From Burkholderiaceae bacterium (GTDB lineage Bacteria; Pseudomonadota; Gammaproteobacteria; Burkholderiales; Burkholderiaceae_E), in assembly GCA_045106815.1 (NCBI GenBank), contig JBGCFG010000005.1, forward strand, positions 30,507-94,506: DNA of 64,000 bases, given 5' to 3'. This document shows positions 56,758 to 64,000 of the stretch, in pieces. The number at the start of each line of letters is the position of its first letter. Position 1 is the stretch's first letter. A program made the translations under genes and the position numbers. A model generated the notes under the pieces. It saw nothing but the letters and a program-made list of their open reading frames with translations. It did not search any database and was not told where the DNA came from.

Positions 56758-57648
56758 CTAAGCGGCATCCGCATCAGAGATTGCCTGTCCATTGATACTG
56801 ATTTGGCCATTGTTATAAGCACGCAAGCGTTCATGCGTTTGCTCAGCAACCATCAAATCACAAAACAGCGTTCGTTCTTGAGCGAATCCGGCTTCATGAT
56901 CGGTGTTGTGAGCCTGACGAACCAAGCGCTTGATGCTTGCCCTGGACTTCGCAGGTTTTGAAGCGATTACCCTGGCAAGCTGAGTCGCTACTGGCAAGAC
57001 TGGCTCATCGACGACATCGTTAATCAAGCCGTATGATTTTGCTTCGCGTGGCTTCAAAGTGTCACCCATCAGCATGAGTTCAAGTGCTTTTGCCTGTCCA
57101 ATCAAACGCGTCAGTCTTTGAGTACCACCCGCGCCAGGCAGCAAGCCCAAATTCACTTCTGGCAAGCCGATCGAATACTCCCCTGACTGGGCGATTCGCA
57201 AATCACAAGCGAGCGCCAATTCAAAACCGCCGCCCATTGCAATACCGTTAATCGCTGCGAGATAGGTACACCGGCTCTGCTCGATCTGCCGTAAAACTCG
57301 GTGAATCCCAGCCTCTGGTACAGGTCTTGTGACATCAAACCTCAGCCCCTTTGCAGCCATTTGCCTGGCCCTTGTTTCAAGAACGAGTGTGTCGTAATGT
57401 CTGATAAACACACCTTCCTGACCACCTGTCAAGATGACGACCGATACTTGTGCATCTTCTTCAATGCGATCAAGAGCTGCCACCAGTTCTTTTTCAGTGG
57501 TGTCATCCATGAACCCGAGAGGCGGATTGGATATCGTTAAGATCGCGATACCCGCATCGATCTTCTCTACCGAAACTTGAGTGGCTTGAAACATAAAAAT
57601 TCTGAGCGCGTCCTCGGAGGCCCTCTGCAAATCGTGCAGCGGCTTCAT
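56758..57648 (-). CDS. Enoyl-CoA hydratase/isomerase (crotonase) family protein
   Basis: ILTISNPPLGFM...VVILTGG...AAINGIAMGGGFELALACDLRIA...GLPEVNLGLLPGAGGTQRL is a crotonase pattern. An alternative start lies at 57594. Confidence 0.85.
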   Translation of the reverse strand: MKPLHDLQRASEDALRIFMFQATQVSVEKIDAGIAILTISNPPLGFMDDTTEKELVAALDRIEEDAQVSVVILTGGQEGVFIRHYDTLVLETRARQMAAKGLRFDVTRPVPEAGIHRVLRQIEQSRCTYLAAINGIAMGGGFELALACDLRIAQSGEYSIGLPEVNLGLLPGAGGTQRLTRLIGQAKALELMLMGDTLKPREAKSYGLINDVVDEPVLPVATQLARVIASKPAKSRASIKRLVRQAHNTDHEAGFAQERTLFCDLMVAEQTHERLRAYNNGQISINGQAISDADAA

Positions 57649-57666
57649 TTATTGGAATTAGTGGTT

Positions 57667-57840
57667 ATGAATAGATCAACCAGTCGTGTCTTTCTAACGC
57701 TTGCAACGGCAGCACTCCTCTCAAGCTGCGTATTGCCTCCCCCTCTTCCGCCGCCGCCGCCCATCGTCATCGTCCCTGATGATGGGAAGGGCAAACAACA
57801 AGGTGACCGGTATGAAAAACGACGAGAACACAGAACTTAG
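57667..57840 (+). CDS. Putative 57-aa proline-rich mini-lipoprotein
   Basis: MNRSTSRVFLTLATAALLSSC VLPPPLPPPPPIVIVPDDGKGKQQGDRYEKRREHRT has the lipobox LLSSC, an 11-residue Pro-rich run and a basic tail. The ribosome-binding site is weak. Confidence 0.4.
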   Translation: MNRSTSRVFLTLATAALLSSCVLPPPLPPPPPIVIVPDDGKGKQQGDRYEKRREHRT

Positions 57841-57882
57841 TGGTCTTTGTTGTCGCACAAATGGTCAGGTAAGCACTGTGAC

Positions 57883-58200
57883 TTACCCGGTTAGCTTATC
57901 CATGGTCCCGGTAGCTTCGGCGAGCAAATAGTAGAAGGTGACGCGATGCTTCCTTTTCTCACCTTTCATTTTGTCGACAACTTGAGAAATGCCAGCCGAT
58001 GCAGCAGCCTCATCGAGTTCTAGTTTTTTCTTGGCAAAGCCGTCTCTAACCCGATTCAGTTCAGATTTATCAGAACTGGAAACCAAGGATGAATCCTTTC
58101 CGCGCAAAGCAATTCCGCAATACTTCACGATGCTGTTAACGGCATCTTCGTTGACGCTGCTTGTGTACTTTTGAATGTCTGCACTGTAGTCGCTACTCAT
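57883..58200 (-). CDS. DUF2853-family protein
   Basis: MSSDYSADIQKYTSSVNEDAVNSIVKYCGIALRGKDSSLVSSSDKSELNRVRDGFAKKKL matches the DUF2853 pattern as I recall it. Confidence 0.55.
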   Translation of the reverse strand: MSSDYSADIQKYTSSVNEDAVNSIVKYCGIALRGKDSSLVSSSDKSELNRVRDGFAKKKLELDEAAASAGISQVVDKMKGEKRKHRVTFYYLLAEATGTMDKLTG

Positions 58201-58267
58201 GTCATCATCTCCCATGAAAAGGCTGTCAATATCCGTAATGTACCCAAGAACACCGCTTTGACATGTT

Positions 58268-58774
58268 TCAAAAGATCAAAGCAAAGATAAACAAACCAAT
58301 AGTAGTGAACGCAAGCACCAGTTTCATGACGGCGCCGATAAGCATGCCCAACCAGGTTGCTATGCCCACATTTCCAGCACGGCGGACATCACTGATCGCG
58401 ATGTACTCTCCCGCAAATGCGCCAAGCAAGGGGAAAAAAAGCAAACCAACGAAGCCACTCAAGACACCAGCGACTGTTCCAATGAGTGCGCCAATGATGG
58501 CTTCCTTTGACGCGCCTGCACGTTTGGCCCCCAAAATTCCCGCGATGTAATCGAGGACCTGCGCAACCACACAGATCACGCCGGCAATGATGACTGTTGA
58601 TGTCTCAATGACCTGAAAATTGTCAATCCAGGCACCCAGCAAAAACGCTAAAAAGATGAACAAGGTCCCTGGCAAAGCCGGCAAAACCGTGCCCGCAATT
58701 CCCGCCACAAACAAAATGACGACGAGCGTCCACTTCGCAACCAGAATAATCGTTGCACTCAAGACGGGATCCAC
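58268..58774 (-). CDS. DUF456-like small integral membrane protein
   Basis: This 168-aa protein has four hydrophobic helices and Gly-rich loops (LPALPGTLFIF...). It starts 9 nt after the gyrB stop, so it is probably co-transcribed with gyrB. Confidence 0.5.
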   Translation of the reverse strand: MDPVLSATIILVAKWTLVVILFVAGIAGTVLPALPGTLFIFLAFLLGAWIDNFQVIETSTVIIAGVICVVAQVLDYIAGILGAKRAGASKEAIIGALIGTVAGVLSGFVGLLFFPLLGAFAGEYIAISDVRRAGNVGIATWLGMLIGAVMKLVLAFTTIGLFIFALIF

Positions 58775-58783
58775 TAGTCGCGC

Positions 58784-61249
<2,466 letters not shown>

Positions 61250-61262
61250 TTAAGGCAGGATC

Positions 61263-62378
61263 TCAGATTCTCATGGGCATAACAACGTAGCTAAAGCCAG
61301 GCTCATCTTTAACTGTCAGCAGCGCACTGCTGTTGGAATCCCCAAAACCAATCAGTACTTTATCGGTCTTGAGGTTACTTAAAACGTCTTGCAGGTAAGT
61401 GACGTTGAAGCCGATTTCAATGGGCTCGCCGTAATAGTTGGCGTCCAGTTCTTCATTAGCCTCTTCTTGCTCAGAATTGGTGATCTGAATTCGGACACCA
61501 CTGTCAGCCAGTGACATACGAATCCCTTTGAATTTTTCGGAAGTTAGGATTGAGGCACGGGTCAGCGATCCAGCCAGTGACGAGCGATCAATCTCGAGTT
61601 GATTGGTGTAACCCGTCGGAACCACGCGTTGATAGTCCGGAAACTTACCTTCTACGAGTTTGGAAAGCATGCGCACCTCGCCAAACTCAAAGCGAATCTG
61701 ATTGCTTGCGATATCGATAGAGACGGGCTCATCGTTGTCGGCGAGTAAACGCTGTAGCTCCAGGACTGTCTTGCGCGGAATGATGACATCCTGGCGACTC
61801 AGACTCGCACCTTCAACTTTCGTCTCACACAAGGCCAGTCGGTGCCCATCAGTAGCAACAACTCGCACGACATCACCGTCAGTAATCAGCAGCAAACCGT
61901 TCAGGTAGTAACGGATGTCTTGTTGAGCCATCGCAAAATGCACCATGTGAAACAAATGCTTCAGCGTTTTCTGTTCAACTTTAAGACTGGCGCCCCAGTT
62001 TGTACTGGGCGTAACGGCCGGAAAATCATCAGCAGCAAGTGTCTGCAAAGAAAACCGGCTCTTACCAGCCGCCAATGTCGCCTTTTTGTTGCTCAGCGAC
62101 AAACTGACTTCATTGTCGCCCAGATCAGGCAACGCCCTGAGGATGTCAATCAGCTTTCGAGCTGAAATGGTGGTTTCGACATCATCATTGCCCACGCCAA
62201 TCTGGGCAGTTGTTTCAATCTGAATCTCGACATCAGTCGCAACCAGGCTCAGATCTGACCCTTTCTTTTTCAGTAAGACATTGGCAAGAATGGGGAGTGT
62301 GTGACGTCTTTCGACGATCCCTGCGACCGTTTGTAGAGGTTTGAGGATGGCTTCTCGGGTTGCTTTAACAATAACCAT
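61263..62378 (-). CDS. dnaN: DNA polymerase III beta sliding clamp
   Basis: This 371-aa protein (MVIVKATREAILKPLQTVAGIVERRHTLPILANVLL...) lies between dnaA and gyrB. Confidence 0.95.
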   Translation of the reverse strand: MVIVKATREAILKPLQTVAGIVERRHTLPILANVLLKKKGSDLSLVATDVEIQIETTAQIGVGNDDVETTISARKLIDILRALPDLGDNEVSLSLSNKKATLAAGKSRFSLQTLAADDFPAVTPSTNWGASLKVEQKTLKHLFHMVHFAMAQQDIRYYLNGLLLITDGDVVRVVATDGHRLALCETKVEGASLSRQDVIIPRKTVLELQRLLADNDEPVSIDIASNQIRFEFGEVRMLSKLVEGKFPDYQRVVPTGYTNQLEIDRSSLAGSLTRASILTSEKFKGIRMSLADSGVRIQITNSEQEEANEELDANYYGEPIEIGFNVTYLQDVLSNLKTDKVLIGFGDSNSSALLTVKDEPGFSYVVMPMRI

Positions 62379-62622
62379 TTTTATATATAAACCTGTTGTT
62401 GGTTGTTGTCTGAAAGGTATCTCTGTTGATGAACGCCTGTATGCCCTGTCATCTGGGCGTTTGTAGCAGAAAATGGCCTGTTCATATCATTTGGCAGCTT
62501 GTGATTAACACTGAATAACTTTGCCGTTTGTCTTGCTGTCGCGACCACTAGTCGGTTCAAGGTGGTGATTTGTCCGCAATCTATTAGGCGGTTGTTAACA
62601 GTTTGTTCGATTGGCTCCATGA

Positions 62623-64000
62623 TCAACTGCGAAGCGATTGCTCAATCGCATGGATTTGCCGATTCAATTCGGGGTCTTGCTGTCTTAGTTCAGTAATGCG
62701 CTTGGCGGCATGCATGACGGTTGTGTGATCACGGCCGCCAAACGCATCGCCAATTTCAGGAAAGCTCTTCTGAGTGAGTTCTTTGGCGAGGTACATTGCG
62801 ACCTGTCTTGCTCGGGCAATGTTGGCGGGTCGACGTTTGGAGAACATGTCGCCGATTCTGATCTTAAAAAAATCAGCGACTGTCTTTTGAATGTCTTCTA
62901 TCGATACCATCCGCTGGTTTTGCTTAAGCAGGTCTCTGCTGGCATGTTCAGTGACGGCGACGGTGAGGTCAACTTTGTGGAACCTCGCGTAGGCGAGTGT
63001 TCTGAGCAGTGCACCCTCAAGTTCGCGGACATTGTTTCGCACATTCTGCGCAATGAAATAGGCGACCTCTTCCGGTAGTTCTGGATACGCAGGCTCTTTT
63101 TCTCTGAGTTGCTCAGCTTTGCGCAGCAAAATGGCAACACGAAGTTCCAGTTCGGGTGGCTCAATCTCAACAATCAGTCCGCTGCCAAATCTGGATATCA
63201 AACGTTCTGCAAAATTGCTGAGATGCCTGGGATAGGTATCGCATGTAATGATCATCTGCTTCTTAGCAGCGAACATTGACTCAAAGGTGTAGAAAAACTC
63301 TTCTTGAGTCCTATCTCGATTGCCAAGAAATTGAATGTCATCAATGAGCAAAATATCGAGTGACTGGTATTTGCGTTTGAACTCTTGCGGTGTTTTTCGC
63401 TGAATCGCCAACACCATTTCATCAAAGTATGACTGCGCGTGCAGGTAGGCAATGCGCGCGTGCGGCACCTTGCGGCGAAACGAGTTACCAATGGCATTGA
63501 GTAGGTGAGTCTTACCCAGCCCGACTCCACCGTACATAAAGAGCGGGTTGTAGGTAATGCCTGGTTCTTCAACCACCTGCAACGCGGCGGCAACAGCCAT
63601 TTGGTTTGATTTTCCGTGAACCAGGTTTTCAAAGGTCAGTTCGCGATTCAGGGTGTTCCTGCGAACTTCCCTCCCCGCTTTTTCGAGCTCGGCGGTTTCC
63701 TGTGCGTTTTCATAGCTAGCGCTGGGTTCGAGCGGACGTAATGGCTCAGGAGGATTGATAAGTTGAGAGGTTTCAGCCCGGGTACCTGGTTCGCTGCCTG
63801 CCGGCCTTTGTACGCCGTTGCTTGTTGCTACCGGCGAATTGGCCGGTGGGACATATTCCGGCGTTTGCTGTGCCTTCAATTGAAGAGACACAGATGTCTG
63901 CGGATCAAAGTGCTGGCGGGCTACCTGCTCGATTGTGGCGAGAAAGTTCTCTCTCACAATGTTGAGCTTGAGCGCATTCCCTAGCCCAAGCATAAGTGTG
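62623..64000 (-). CDS. dnaA: Chromosomal replication initiator DnaA, 5' end truncated by the window edge
   Basis: The AAA+ domain has Walker A GGVGLGKTHLLNAIG and Walker B LLIDDIQF. Domain IV reads RARQVAMYLAKELT..SFPEIGDAFGGRDHTTVMHA. The frame stays open beyond 63993 to the window end, and the first visible residues correspond to mid-domain I. Confidence 0.95.
   Translation of the reverse strand, partial: TLMLGLGNALKLNIVRENFLATIEQVARQHFDPQTSVSLQLKAQQTPEYVPPANSPVATSNGVQRPAGSEPGTRAETSQLINPPEPLRPLEPSASYENAQETAELEKAGREVRRNTLNRELTFENLVHGKSNQMAVAAALQVVEEPGITYNPLFMYGGVGLGKTHLLNAIGNSFRRKVPHARIAYLHAQSYFDEMVLAIQRKTPQEFKRKYQSLDILLIDDIQFLGNRDRTQEEFFYTFESMFAAKKQMIITCDTYPRHLSNFAERLISRFGSGLIVEIEPPELELRVAILLRKAEQLREKEPAYPELPEEVAYFIAQNVRNNVRELEGALLRTLAYARFHKVDLTVAVTEHASRDLLKQNQRMVSIEDIQKTVADFFKIRIGDMFSKRRPANIARARQVAMYLAKELTQKSFPEIGDAFGGRDHTTVMHAAKRITELRQQDPELNRQIHAIEQSLRS

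Noticed and set aside
62379-62622. The dnaA-dnaN intergenic spacer as the replication origin.
   Set aside because: It has only two 7/9 matches to the TTATCCACA box and no cluster. It has no obvious AT-rich 13-mer-type unwinding element apart from TTATATATAA right at the dnaN start. oriC is more likely upstream of dnaA, outside the window.

Overview
This 64-kb window is the origin-proximal chromosome of a betaproteobacterium. The dnaA-dnaN-gyrB genes lie on the minus strand at the right edge, and dnaA is cut by the window end. The gene order def-fmt-htpX-rsmB-DUF4390-ntrY-ntrX, LysM-dprA-topB, and the DUF3567/DUF3717-type small genes look Burkholiales-like (Burkholderiales); this is from memory and no search was possible. 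I call 59 protein-coding genes. By eye I found no rRNA, tRNA, CRISPR array, transposase, integrase or recognisable phage or defence module.

Content from left to right:
- An iron block: fur, an fbpABC-type Fe3+ ABC importer, bfd, bfr, and a tiny secreted His/Cys-rich peptide.
- metH, then an FAH/Ldh_2 pair.
- A DUF3299 + MacB/FtsX-type ABC trio.
- A small pore-loop channel, a putative outer-membrane protein, and a translationally coupled PhyH-metallophosphoesterase pair.
- A DeoR-controlled Ugp-like ABC operon ending in an EEP phosphoesterase.
- A CoA-transferase/flavoprotein operon divergent from an HTH-citrate-synthase-like fusion.
- Orphan BMP and TRAP-DctP binding proteins.
- A Rieske oxygenase / GS-like ligase / ferredoxin operon.
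- An orphan RTX/T1SS-type secreted protein.
- Housekeeping genes.

I do not see a convincing new multi-gene 'system' of the defence or mobile kind. The most interesting leads are:
1. The HTH-citrate-synthase-like protein, with ATTGA/TCAAT operators facing a domain-permuted CoA-transferase operon.
2. The Rieske/GS-like/ferredoxin module, a possible gamma-glutamylation-dependent amine oxidation route.
3. A repeated promoter-embedded operator, TGCAAAT-N7-ATTCGCA, that links bfd with an uncharacterised 88-aa ORF.
4. A 22-residue mature His6Cys2 secreted peptide.

All functional calls rest on motif recognition from the translated ORFs. No database search was run.
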